Positions 26,332 to 38,900 are shown, counted from the stretch's first letter. The stretch: 64,000 bases of DNA from Scyliorhinus canicula (GCF_902713615.1 NC_052146.1:309892335-309956334), one strand, 5' to 3'. Made by a program: numbers and translations. Notes: generated by a model not told the origin, from the letters alone.

Positions 26332-29300
26332 TGTGGCGCGAACAATTGTACACAAAGACTCGAGTGCAGTACAAGAGAGGCTTTATTACAGTGAGATGCT
26401 ATTCCTCCGGCGGCAGCTGTAGAATGGCATCTCAGTGAAACTTACGAATATTTATAATGCTCCCTGTGGGCGGAGCTAGCCGGCAGGGGCTTACCGGAGA
26501 AATCTGTAATACAGGTACAGCCATACATCCCCCTACTGCAAGCACACATATATACAGTGGTTAGATCACCACATTCACCCCCTATAAAAAATGAGTCCGG
26601 CGGGGGTGACGTGGAACTATAATACATAAAGTGACCTATTTACAAAACGGCAAAATAAAAGAAAACCAAGAGTCCATCAGGCAATCCGGTCACAGGTTGA
26701 GTCAGATCGGCGGTCGAACGTTCCGTTGCGAGTGACGTAGCTGTGGTGGCGACGTCTGCACAGGCGGCGTTGGTGACGACGGTGCAGGTGCTGGCGGTGT
26801 TGGTGCTGGCCAGTGGCGGGGTGACTCCGGGAGTGAGCCAAAATCTTCCATGTCCTCCAGCGTGGGCAAGGGAACGAGGGATGGACCTGGTGGGGACGAA
26901 TACGGGGGCGCCGGGGAAAAGGAGGGTGGCGCGGGGGGGGGAGGGGCGTGGGCATGGGATCGTCACCCGAGGGAGCGAGACTGTGTCCTGGCGGCCGTCG
27001 GGGAACTCCACTTAGGCATACTGGGGGTTCGCGTGGAGTAGGCGTAACTTGTCCACCAGGGGTTCCGCCTTGTGGTGCCTGACATGCCTACGAAGAAGGA
27101 CTGGGCCTGGAGCCGTGAGCCAAGTCGGGAGCAACACCCCGGATGTAGACTTCCTAGAGAAGGCAAAAACACGTTTGTGGGGTGTGTGGTTAGTTGCGGT
27201 GCACAGCAGTGACCGAATGGAATGGAGCGCGTCAGGGAGGACCTGCTGCCAGCGAGCGGCTGGGAGGTTCCTGGACCGTAGGGCCAGCTGGATGGCCCTC
27301 CATACTGTCCCGTTCTCCCTTTCTACCTGCCCATTTCCCCGGGGGCTGTAGCTAGTCGTCCTGCTGGAGGCGATACCCCTGCTGAGCAGGAACTGACGCA
27401 GCTCATCGCTCATGAATGAGGATCCCCTGTCACTGTGGATATAGTCGGGGAAACCGAACAGAGCGAATATGGAATCCAGGGCCTTGATGATGGTGGAAGA
27501 CGTCAGTTCCGGGCATGGGATGGCGAAGCGGATCCTAGAGAATTCATCGACCACACTAAGAATATCGATGTTGCGGTCGGTGGAGGGGAGGGGGCCTTTT
27601 GAAATCCACGCTGAGGCGCGCGCGATCTGGCCGGTAGAAGTGCGGCTTACACTCCGCACAGACCTGGCAGTCTCTGGTGACTGTCCGTACTTCCTCGACG
27701 GAGTAGGGCAGATTGCGGGCTTTGACTAGGTGGTACAACTGAGTGACCCCCGGATGGCAAAGCCTCTCATGCAAGGCGCGGAGCTGGTTCACTTGTGCGC
27801 TGGCACATGTACCTCGGGAGAGGGCGTCTGGGGGTTCGTTGAGGTTGCCGGGGCGATACAAGATCTCGTAATTGTAGATGGAGACCTCGATTCTCCACCG
27901 CAAGATTTTATCGTTTTTGATCTTGCCCCGCTGCGTGTTGTTAAACATGAAGGCTACGGACCGTTGGTCAGTGAGGAGAGTGAATCTCCTGCCAGCCAGG
28001 TAATGCCTCCAGTGCCGCACCGCCTCAACGATAGCCTGGGCCTCCTTTTCAACAGAGGAGTGTCGGATTTCGGAGGCATGGAGGGTGCGGGAGAAGAATG
28101 CCACGGGTCTGCCTGCCTGGTTTAGAGTGGCGGCAAGGGCGACATCTGACGCGTCGCTCTCTACTTGGAAGGGCAGTGACTCGTCTACTGCGTGCATCCC
28201 GGCCTTGACTATGTCTGAGCGGATACGATCAAAGGCTTGTCGTGCCTCGGCCGTGAGGGGAAATTGTGTGGACTGGATCAGTGGGCGGGCCTTGTCCGCG
28301 TATTGTGGGACCCACTGGGCGCAGTAAGAAAAGAACCCCAGGCATCGTCTGAGAGCCTTGGGTCAGTGCGGGAGGGGAAGCTCCATGAGGGGGCGCATGC
28401 GCTCGGGATCGGGCACCAGTAGCCAAGGATGGCCAAGCGGTCTGTGCTAAAAACGCACTTCTCCTTGTTATAGGTGAGGTTGAGGAGAGATGCGGTGTGG
28501 AGAAATTTGGCAATGGTTGGCGTCATGGTCCTGCTGATCGTGGCTGCAGATGGTGACATTGTCTAAGTACGGAAACGTGGCCCGCAGTCCGTACCGGTCA
28601 ACCATTCGGTCCATTTCATGTTGAAATACCGAAACCCCGTTAGTGACGCCAAAGGGAACCCTAAGAAATTGATACAGGCGACCGTCCGCCTCGAAGGCAG
28701 TGTAGGGACGGTCTGATTTACGAATGGGGAGCTGGTGGTAAGCGGATTTCAGGTCAATTGTAGAGATGACCCGGTACTGTGCGATCTGATTGACCATATT
28801 GGTCTCGATAATACCCTCCCGAAGCAGCCGCTGGACTTCGGACCTGATGAAGGCCTTGTCCTGGGTGCTGTACCGTCTGCTCCTGGTGGCGATGGGCTTG
28901 CAATCTGCAGTCAGATTGGCAAAGAGGGAGGGAGGTTCAACCTTGAGGGTCACGAGGCCGCAAACGGTGAGGGGAGGTAGGGGTCCGCCGAATTTGAGGG
29001 TTAGGCTCTGGAGGTTGCATTGAAAATCCAGGCCCAGTAAGAGTGACGAGCAGAGGTTGGGGAGAATGTACAGGCGGAAACGGTCGAATTCCACGCCCTG
29101 TACAGTGAGTTTAACCAGGCAGAAGCCACGGATCGGGACAGAGTGGGAACCAGAGGCTGGGGAGATCTGCTGGTTGGCGGGATGGATCGCAAGGGAGTAG
29201 CGCCTTACCGTGTCCAGGTGAATGAAGCTCTCGGTGCTCCTGGAGACGATGAGGCAGGAGATCACGTGGCCGTTGACGAGCACCGTCGTGGAAGAGGGCG

Positions 29301-30806
29301 CCAGGTTGCGAGGACGGGACTGGTCGAGCGTCACGGAGGCGAGTAACGGGCAATCGGCCGACGAGTCTGACGGCTCTGATGAGTAGCGGCAGCAACCCGG
29401 GTCCCGTGGTCCCGTCCCGAGGGGAGGACAAAATGGCGGCGTCTGGAGTACCTGTGAGGAAGAAGATGGCGGCGGACAAGATGGTGGCGGCCATGGAACG
29501 CACATTGTGGGGGCGGGACAAGATGGTGGCGGGCAAGATGGCGGCGCCCATGGATCGCACATGGAGGCGGAGGGTGAAGATGGCGGCGCCCATGGAATGC
29601 ACATGGAGGCGGAGGGTGAAGATGGCGGCGCCCATGGTGCGCACATGGCGGGGACGGCGAAAGCTGGCGGCGCCCACTGATCGCACGTGGGGTTGGGGCA
29701 GTGGACGGCAGGGCCCATTGTGCGATTGGCTGAGGCGAGGGGGCTTTTCGGGCGCGATAGCGGCAACCGTTCGGGAATGGAACACCGCTGAAAAGTGGCC
29801 TTTCTTGCCACAAGCTTTGCAGGTCGCGGTGCGGGCCGGGCAGCGCTGGCGGGGGAGCTTCTGCTGACCGCAGAAGTAGCAGTGGGGACCCCCAGGGTGC
29901 GCGGTGCAGCGAGCAGCGCAGGCGAGTGTGCGGAGGCGGCTGTCAGGGGGGGCCGGTTGCGGGTTTCACGAGGGGTAGGACGGGTGGGCCGAGTGGCTAG
30001 CGGGGTAGGATTGCGCATTACGGGAGGCGGCTGTCATTGATAGCGCCAGAGTCTTTGTAGCCGCGAGATCGAGAGCGGCCCCTTCCAGCAGTCGTTGCCG
30101 GATGGGGTCCGATGCAATACCCGTACCAAATGCATCCCGCATGAGTAAATCGGAATGTTCTGTGGCTGTGACGGCCTGGCAGTCGCAGTCTCGTACTAGA
30201 GGTACAAGGGCCCTCCAAAAGTCCTCAATTGACTCACCCGGTTGTTGGACGCGAGTAGAGAATAGATGTCTCGCAAACAGGGTGTTCACCGACTGTGCGT
30301 ATTTCTCTTTGAGCAGTTCCATGGCCCAGGCATAGTCAGGCGCATCTCGAATTAGCGGAAACACGCTGGAGCTGAGTCTTGAGTAAAGAAGCTGTCGTTT
30401 CTGAGCCTCCGAAGGTGGAGGGTCCGCTGAAGAGATGTTGGCCTCGTAAACTGCAAGCCAGTGAATGAAGTCTTTCCTGGCGTGGGGCGACTGCGGATCC
30501 AGCTGCAGGCGGTCAGGTTTAATCCTGATGTCCATGGTGTAAGGAAAATCTCACTGTAATAAATTGTGGCGCTAACAATTGTACACAAAGACTCAAGTGC
30601 AGTACAAGAGAGGCTTTATTACAGTGAGATGCTATTCCTCCGGCGGCAGCTGTAGAATGGAATCTCAGTGAAACTTACAAATATTTATAATGCTCTCTGT
30701 GGGCGGAGCTAGCCGGCAGGGGCTTACCGGAGGAACCTGTAATACAGGTACGGCCATACATCCCCCTACTGCAAGCACACATATATACAGTGGTTAGATC
30801 ACCACA
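26332..30806 (-). mobile_element. Full-length Ty3/Gypsy LTR retrotransposon (frameshifted) inserted in a SINE
   Basis: 242-bp LTRs at 26332-26573 and 30565-30806 (TG...CA, 8 differences by my count), 5-bp TSD GGGGC, PPT-like AGGGGGTGAA. Internal ORFs: gag 29966-30535, PR/RT 28468-30018, RNase H 27556-28197, integrase 27012-27659. The SINE halves rejoin across the insertion. Confidence 0.95.
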
Positions 30807-33800
30807 GGGGCGAAACCCACGCAAACACGGGGAGAATGTGCAAACTCCACACGGACAGTGACCCAGGGCCCAGATTAAACCTGGGACCTCGACACCGAGC
30901 TCAGCATACCTCACCTATCTTCTCACTCCCAGCAATAAAAAAATCAAGTGGTTGCTTCCGTTAAACAAGGATTTAGTGACAAGGGTGTTAAATCTTGCAG
31001 CAGGAGCTGGGATAAAAGAGACGGCATGCAAGAGTTCGATGGCAATTGCTAAGGAACCAAGTCATGCAATTCACGCCATACCTTTGAATTAAACTTATGC
31101 CTTTTTCAGATATGACAAGAGCAGAAACAACTGCTCTGAGATCTCCTGCACCAAAACGTGAAAAGGGCAGTTTATTAAGTTGGTCAGTGTTCCTTACCCT
31201 GGTCACTGCTCAACAAGCTTTGATGAAATCCACATTTTGTAAGTGCATTTCATCAGGTTTAGGAATAACCCTCCATGGCTTCAAGTCTTCCAGCAGTGAC
31301 TGCCTGAGCTAATTTATGAAGAGGCAACAGGATGTCTGCTATTGCTGCCTTTGGAAAAGTGGCAAGAACATAAAACATTGGAAAAACTTTCTTACTTGCT
31401 TTCAAGTTAAAATATTTATTGGAGATTGGTAACCTGTACTGGAGGTCAGTACAATCAGATTCAATTCACAGTCTTCACAGCCAAAGACAGGTCCACTACA
31501 GAACACAATACAAATCTGGTTCACTTTTTCCCCAATTCAGTCTTTCCTCTTCCACTGATTTGGTTGCCCCCCCTTCGTAGGAAGGGAACCTTGTCAGATT
31601 AAACCTTTGTTGTTCCCAGCAGAGGGTGGGTTGGATAAAGACGTGGAACCAGCCATCCCCCCTGACCCGGGTTTGTGACAATGAGTGGGTATCACAGCCG
31701 GATGGTGATGAATCGAGGGGTCTCCCCTCGATCAATAACTTTTGGGGAACTCCACCTGCTGGTCATGACAACTCACAAAGCAATTCAAATCCTCATTCAG
31801 CCTGTCCATTATTTCTATGAGGAACAGATTCAAGTTTATCAGGCACCATTTGTCTTTCACAAATCTATCCTGGCTGTCATTTATTCACCCAGATTTATCC
31901 AAGTGACGATGAATTCACTCCTGGATTATGATTTCTATTCACTTTTCCATCATGTCCATTGGGTGAGTGATCTGGATTTACCTGGTTTGTTTCCCTTTCG
32001 CTATTTCAATAAGGGTGTAACTTTATCTAGCACCAGTTCCATAAACATGGAATATTGGGAGATTGTGGTCAGAATCTTCAGTTTTCCACAATAACTTGCT
32101 TTAACGAGCTATACTGTTATCCACCCGGATACACTGCCCTTCCTCCATTGAGCACAGTCAGCCCTTTAATCACCTTCTCCTCATTTATTCAACCACAGCC
32201 CAATTTCTCTACTCACTCCTCGTTTGCTGTGACATTAGCATCATCTTCTTCTTTGGTGAAGATTAATGCAAAGGGCACATTCATTGCCTCAGAAATGTCC
32301 TCCATCTTTCTGAGAAGATTTCACTTTTGCTCCCAACCCCAGCCCAGCCAACCATTGTCTACCCCTCACTGAAACCAATTAACTGGTCATTAATTAGACT
32401 TTAATGAGTCTGTGAAAGAAGGAAACAGAGATTCCGAGGATCAGGGAGTGAATTCCCGAGTTTAGAGATCAGACAAATGAGGGCACAACCAGTGATATTT
32501 TAATTTAAAAAGCCAAAAGGGGAAGGATCGCACTGGAGACAATCTTCCTCCATCTTATATTTATTTACAGAGTTAAACATTACATGCATGTACCTCCTAA
32601 CATCACAGTTTCAATAAGTATCTCTGTGAATGTTGCATAGATACATAGAATCGGCAGTGCAGAAGGAGGCCATTCAGCCCATCAAGTCTGCACCGACCCA
32701 CTTAAGCCCTCACTTCCACTCTATTCCCGTAACCCAATAACCCCTCCTAACATTTTTAGTCACTCTGGGCAATTTAGCATGGCCAGTCCACCTAACCTGC
32801 ACGTCTTTGGACTGCGGGAGGAAACCAGAGCACCCAGAGGAAACCCACGCACACACGGGGAGAATGTGCAGATTCCTTACAGACAGTGACCCAGCAGGGA
32901 ATCGAGTGTCTGGGGTCTGGGATGTACGGCCTGGAATTGTGGTGGTGGCAGGTTCAATCGATGGGGAGTTAGATGATTATTTGAATAGAAACAATGTACA
33001 GCATCACGGGGAAAAGGCAGGGGGATGGCACTAAGTCACGATGCTCGTTTAGAGGGCCGGTGCAGAGACGATGGGCCGAATGGCCTCCTTCTGCACGGTA
33101 ACAATTCTGTGATCAGGCCTGTTGCTTGACTGGGAGACCACGTAGGTGAGTGAGCACAGGGTGATTGGTGAACAAGAGAGGTGTGAGGAAGAACGTGGCA
33201 GCAGAATTCAGCAACAGCTGAAGTTCATGGAAGGTCGAGTGTGGGAGACAAACCTGGAATGTGTTGGAATAATCAAAACTAAAAACTAACAAAGTCATGG
33301 ATGAGATTCCCAGCAGGTGAGCAGCTGTGGTAGGGGTGGAATGGGGCAATGTGAGAGGTGGAAATAGACAGTCTCAGTGATGGGGCAGATATATGGTCAG
33401 AGGTTCACCTGCAAGACAAAGATGATGAATCTGAAACAAGAACAGAGAATTCTGGAAATATTCAGCAGGTCTGGCAGCATCTATTAGGCGAGAAAGCCCA
33501 GTTAACATTGAGTCCTTTTATCATTATTCCCTTTTATCTGTTAGACACGTTCCGAAGGAAATGCAAGGGAATATCGAATGAATGGTCGGACCCTCGGAAG
33601 TACAGAATGTCAGTGAATGAAGATATATTTTTCCACCCCCATCTGTCCAGGACACTGTGGAGGGTCCACACTCTGCAATCACCCTTGGATCATCACAATA
33701 TCACAAGGACAGTGAGGTTCCACTTTGATGCAGAAAATGGCCCGGTTTGCACTTCTTGTTGTGAGAAGGCAGGACTGAACTCTGGAAGATTAAACAATCA

Positions 33801-34489
33801 CATTCCCGGCAGAGAGCCTTTCCCTTTGATCGGTAGATTGGGAGATGATGAGAATGTTCCTCACTATATTCTGTCTGTGAAACAGATCTGGTGAGAGTAC
33901 AGGCTGACATTCTACAGCAGCAGTGAAGCTAATGTGTCAGCCTGGCTCAGTTTGGGTCACTTGTATCCCTCAGTCAGAAAGCCGTGGGTTTAGCTGCCTT
34001 TTCAGGAAGTTGAGCTCTCAATTAAAGCTGCCATTCTGGGAAATGAGAGAGAGAAAAGCATTGTGTCATCATTCAGATGTGACATTGAGACCGCGACATT
34101 GAGCTGACCGATTAGGTGATTCAATCCAATATTAAACATCCCAAACAACAATTTTAAAATGACCAGTACACGCTCTCGATCTCCTGACCATCATTTGTCC
34201 GTCAGTTAAAACCCTCACACAGCACTTGAACAGTCATTTAACACATTAATCTCTGGGAAAAGTTACTGAATTTGAATAGCTACAGGGTTTGGTGTCACAA
34301 CAGAGCCAGAACTTCAAACTGATTCATTGCTTGTAGAGTAATGGAAGAGTTATATTTTGACAAATTCAATGTTAATGATGAAATAAAATTGTTTTGTGTG
34401 TCTGCTTGTCTCAATTGGTAGAACTCTGCTCTGAATCACAACGTTATAAACACAGCTTTTAAAAAAATCTGTAGGAAGCTATTCAAATC

Positions 34490-34600
34490 CATCCCCAACG
34501 TACCCACACAATGTACAGATTAATTCAATCTACCCAAACACACCCACTCAATGTACAGATTAATTCAATCCACCCCAATACACCTACTTAATGTACAGGC
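34490..34600. repeat. 40-bp tandem repeat (about 3 copies) in intron 1
   Basis: ATGTACAG recurs at 34511, 34551 and 34591. The paralog has only a single unit next to the CR1. Confidence 0.8.
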
Positions 34601-34877
34601 TGTCACTCAAACCCATTGTTACATTAAATGTACAACAGAGAAGAATGGGAAAACCGAGGTTTCGGACCAGTGTTCCCATTCTGTGTAACTCTGTGTCAGG
34701 TGCACTAAACATTCTCAATATGGTGATAAATTCTACTGTAACTCTCATGTCCAGTTTGAATGTTCTAACTCTAGAATTCATACAAGTTCCAGGTGCAGAG
34801 ACACCGCAGCACAAACCAGGGAGAGTTCTTTTATAACAAGTTAAACTTCTTCAAACCAAACTAAAACCTGTACTTAC

Positions 34878-34929
34878 CCCCAGAAACACAGAGTGACAGA
34901 GTCACAACAAAAAGTGTTTTACTGATCAT
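34878..34929 (-). CDS. Exon 1 (signal peptide MISKTLFVVTLSLCVSG) of the V-V-TM immune receptor gene
   Basis: Minus strand reads ATG ATC AGT AAA ACA CTT TTT GTT GTG ACT CTG TCA CTC TGT GTT TCT GGG G|GTAAGT. This is a 52-nt hydrophobic leader with a phase-1 donor, matching the phase-1 V exons. The peptide is identical in the inverted copy at 47892-47943. The link to the V exon 20 kb away is inferred. Confidence 0.8.
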
Positions 34930-35068
34930 CTCAACAGAATAACAATCCTCTTTATCCGCACCGTTTATTGCATGTCCAGTAAATACATTGAAGCACAAAG
35001 TGTCCCAGCCGACAGGAGCTTGTTCAATATCCTTTTACACAGGAGGTAATGACGCTAAAGAGGAAGCA
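34930..35068 (-). promoter_or_regulatory. Proximal promoter/5' region of the minus-strand gene, with a PU.1/ETS-like box
   Basis: About 140 bp upstream of the ATG is conserved with 47752-47891. AAAGAGGAAG lies at 35057-35066. Confidence 0.45.
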
Positions 35069-35959
35069 GTGAAATTGGGTGCAGTTGATGTCGTTTTCAT
35101 GGATTTCAGCAAAGTCTTTGACAAGGTCCCACAAGGGAGACTTATTAAGGAGATGAATGCATAAGGGATACAGGGGAACGTGATAAGGTGGCGTCATGAG
35201 AATGTCGCTTTAAGAAATGTTTGGCTGCTCATGTTACTGCAGTGATGTCAGAGTGTGGGTGGGGCTGAGCTCTGGTTCTGCTTTTTAGTTTCACTTTGAG
35301 AAAAGCTTGGGTGTGTCTGGGTCTTTTTGGTTTTGTTTTTCAGTTTGTCGCAACTGAAGTCAGACAAAGCAGCTGTACTGTTGAGCTCTCTGCCGTGAAG
35401 GACTACCTCTGGATCATTTGGTGAATTCAGAATTATAAATGTTTTCAGTCATGAATGTAAACCCTGATCTGCTTCTGTTTAAAGGTTTGTTCAGTCTTCG
35501 GGGTGTTTCATAGAATTTACAGTGCAGAAGGAGGCCATTCGACCCATCGAGTCTGCACCGACTCTTGGAAAGAGCACCCTACCCAAGGTCAACACCTCCA
35601 CCCAATCCCCATAACCCAGTAACCCCACCCAACACGAAGGGCAATTTTGGACACTAAGGGCAATTTAGCATGGCCAATCCACCTAACCTGCATATCTTTG
35701 GACTGTGGGAGGAAACCGGAGCACCCGGAGGAAACCCACGCACACACGGGGAGGATGTGCGGACTCCGCACAGACAGTGACCCAAGCCGGAATCGAACCT
35801 GGGACCCTGGAGCTGTGAAGCCTTTGTGCTATCCACAAGACTACCGTGCTGCCCACAGGACAGGTTACAGATTACTTAGTGTTGTATTGTTTGGAGGGCG
35901 TATTTGATTTACTGGTTGCTAAGATGTTTACTGTTTGTTTAAGAAAGGTTAACTTGAGT

Positions 35960-38900
35960 TCATAGAATAAACATTGTTTTGCTGCTTTAAAAAGAACTTG
36001 TATACAACATCAACTGCTCTACCTTCATCAGCACACTTAGTTACCTCCTCAAAGAATTCAATCAAATTTGTGAGGCAAGACTTGCCCTTCATGAATCTGT
36101 GTTGAATATCCCGGATTAAGCTGCATCTTTCCAAACGGCCATAAATCCTATCCTTCAGGACCTTTTCCATTAACCTACCGCCCACCGAAGTAAGACTAAC
36201 CGGCCTATCATTACCAGGGTCATTCCTATTCCCTTTCTTGAACAGAAGAACATCATTCGCCACTCTCCAGTCCTCTGGCAGTATCCCAGTGGACAGTGAG
36301 GATCCACAGATCAAAGCCAAAGGCTCTGCAATCTCATCCCTTGCCTCCCAAAGAATCCGAGGATATATCCCATCTGGCCCAGCGGACTTGTCGACCCTAA
36401 GGTTTTTCAAAATTGCTAATACATCCTCCCTCAGAACATCTACTACCCCCAGCCTGTATCACACTCTCATCCTTAACAACATGGCCCCTCTCTTTGGTGA
36501 ACACTGAAGAAAAGTATTCATTCAACGCCTCTCCTATTTCTTCTGACTCCATTCACAAGTTCCCACTACTGTCCTTGACTGGCCCTAACCTCACCCTGGT
36601 CATTCTTTTATTTCTCACATAAGAGTAAAAAGAATTGGGGTTTTCCTTGATCCGGCCCTCCAAGGACTTCTCATGCTCCCTCCTAGCTCTCCTAAGCCCT
36701 TTTTTTTATCTAATTCCTTGCTACCTTGTAACCCTCAAGCAACCCAACTGAACCTTGTTTTCTCATCCTTACATAGGCTTCCTTTTTCCTCTTGACAAGA
36801 CATTCAACCTCTTTTGTGAACCATGGTTCCCTCACACGGCCATTTCCTCCCTGCCTAACAGGGACACACCTATCAAGGACACGAAGTATTTCTGCCTTGA
36901 ACAGGCTCCACTTTTCATTTGTGACTTTCCCTGACAGTTTCTGTTCGTATCTTATGCTCCCTAATTCTTGCCTAATCACATCATAATTACCCCTCCCCCA
37001 ATTATAAACCTTGCCCTGCCATATGGCCCTATCCCTCTCCATTGCTATAGTGAAAGATACCGAATTGTGGTCACTATCTCCAAAGTGCCTTCCCACAAAC
37101 AAATATAACACTTCGGGTTCATTACCCGGGTCCATTACCAACACACTATTGGGTTCATTACCCAATACCAAATCCAATGTGGCCTCACCTCTTGTCGGCT
37201 TATCAACATATTATGTCAGGAAACCCTCCTACACACACTGTACAAAAACTGCCCCATCCGAACCTTTTGACCTATAACGGTTCCAATCACTATTTGGAAA
37301 GTTAAAGTCACCCATGACAGCTACTCTGAGACCTCCACACATATCCATGATCTGCTTTGCAATTTCTTCCTCCACATCTTTATTACTAATTGAGGGTCTA
37401 TAGAAAGCTCCTAACAATGTGACCGCTCCTTTCCTATTTCTAAATTCAGCCCATATTACCTCACTAGGCAGATCCCCTTCGAACTGCCTTTCTGCAGCCG
37501 TTAAACTTAATTAATAATGCTACTCCTCCACCTCTTTTACCACCTTCCCTACTCTTACTGTAACATCTATACCCAGGAACATCCAACAATCATTCCTGTC
37601 CCTGTTCTAACCATGTCTCCAAAATGGCCACAACATCGTAGTCCCAAGTACCAATCCACGCTCCAAGTTCACCTACCTTATTCCGGATGCTCCTTGCATT
37701 GAAGTAGACACACTTCAACCCACCTTTCTGTCTGCTGGTACACTCCTGCGACCTTGATACCCTCCTCAGTACCTCACTACTCTCAACACTGGCTTCTGGA
37801 CTACAGCTCGTTTTCCCATCCCCCTGACAAATTAGTTTAAACCCCCCCAAAGAGCCGTAGCAAATTTCCCTCCCAGGAAATTGCCCCTCTGGTTCAGGTG
37901 CAAACCGTCCTGTCTGTACAGGTCCCAACTTCCCCAGAATGTGCTCCAATTATCCACGTACCTGAAACCCTCCCTCCTACACCATCCCTGCAGCCATGTG
38001 TTCATCTGAACTCTCTCCCTGTTCCTCAACTCGCTAGCACGTGGCACCAGCAGCAACCAGAGATGACAACATGGTTTGTCCTGGCTCTCAGCTTCCACCC
38101 TAGCTCCCTAAATTCCTGTTTTAAATCCCCGTCCCTTCTCTTTCCGATGTTGTTGGTACCGATGTGTACTACGACTTATGACTGTTCCCCCTCCTCCTTG
38201 AGGATTCTGAAAACACAGTCCGAGACGTCACGGACCCTGGCATCCGGGAGGCAATATACCATCCGTGAGTCTCTTTCATTGCCACAGAACTGCCTATCTG
38301 TCCCTCTAACTATCGAGTCCCCAATAACTATTGCTCTCCTGCTCGCCCTCCTTCCCTTCTGAGCCACAGGGACGGACTCAGTGCTGGAGATCCAGTCACC
38401 CCTGCTTACCCCTGCTAGGCCGTCCCCCTCAACAGTATCCAAAGCGGTATACTTGTTACTGAGAGCAACAACCACAGGGGATCCCTGTACTGACTGCTTC
38501 CTCCCAGCCCTTCTCACCATCACCCATCTATCCACATACTTCAGAGTAACTACATCCCTGAAGCTTCTATCTATGACCACCTCAGCCTCCCGAATGATCC
38601 GTAGTTCATCCAGCTCCAGCTCCAGTTCCCTAACGCTGTTTCTGAGGAGCTGGAGATGGGTGCCCTTCCCACAGATTAAATCAGCAGGGACACTGACGGT
38701 GTCCCTCAGCTCAAACATTCTGCAGGAGGAACATTGTACTGCCTTCCCAGCCATCCCCTCTAGAGAACTAGCGGAGAAAAGAAAAGAAAGAAAGAGCTTA
38801 CCTGATTTTCACTCACCCCCTTAGGTTAGAGGAGGTGGAAGGGTGGGGGGCACTACAAGTGTAGTGTCTCGGGTTTAGCAACCGCCCAACTTAAATACAG
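35960..38900 (-). mobile_element. 5'-intact, 3'-truncated CR1 LINE (ORF1 zinc-finger/esterase, APE endonuclease, start of RT)
   Basis: MAGKAVQCSSCRMF, AIVIGDSIVRG (SGNH esterase), CVYFNARSIRNK...ETWL (APE), and KSCLTNLIEFFEEVT. Confidence 0.9.

Larger units (their letters stand above)
33620..35068 (-). repeat. Inverted segmental duplication, copy A (promoter, leader, intron 1 start)
   Basis: 34560-35068 is the reverse complement of about 47752-48245, and 33620-33925 of about 49175-49510. Confidence 0.9.

Noticed and set aside
31110-31238. Plus-strand phase 1-1 exon-like segment with good splice sites
   Set aside because: It is antisense within intron 1, has no partner exons or domain signature, and is compatible with chance.
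33358-33894. 178-aa ORF duplicated at about 49200-49570
   Set aside because: It has no recognisable domain, the frame is not preserved in the paralog, and it is antisense to the host intron. It is part of the duplicated intron.
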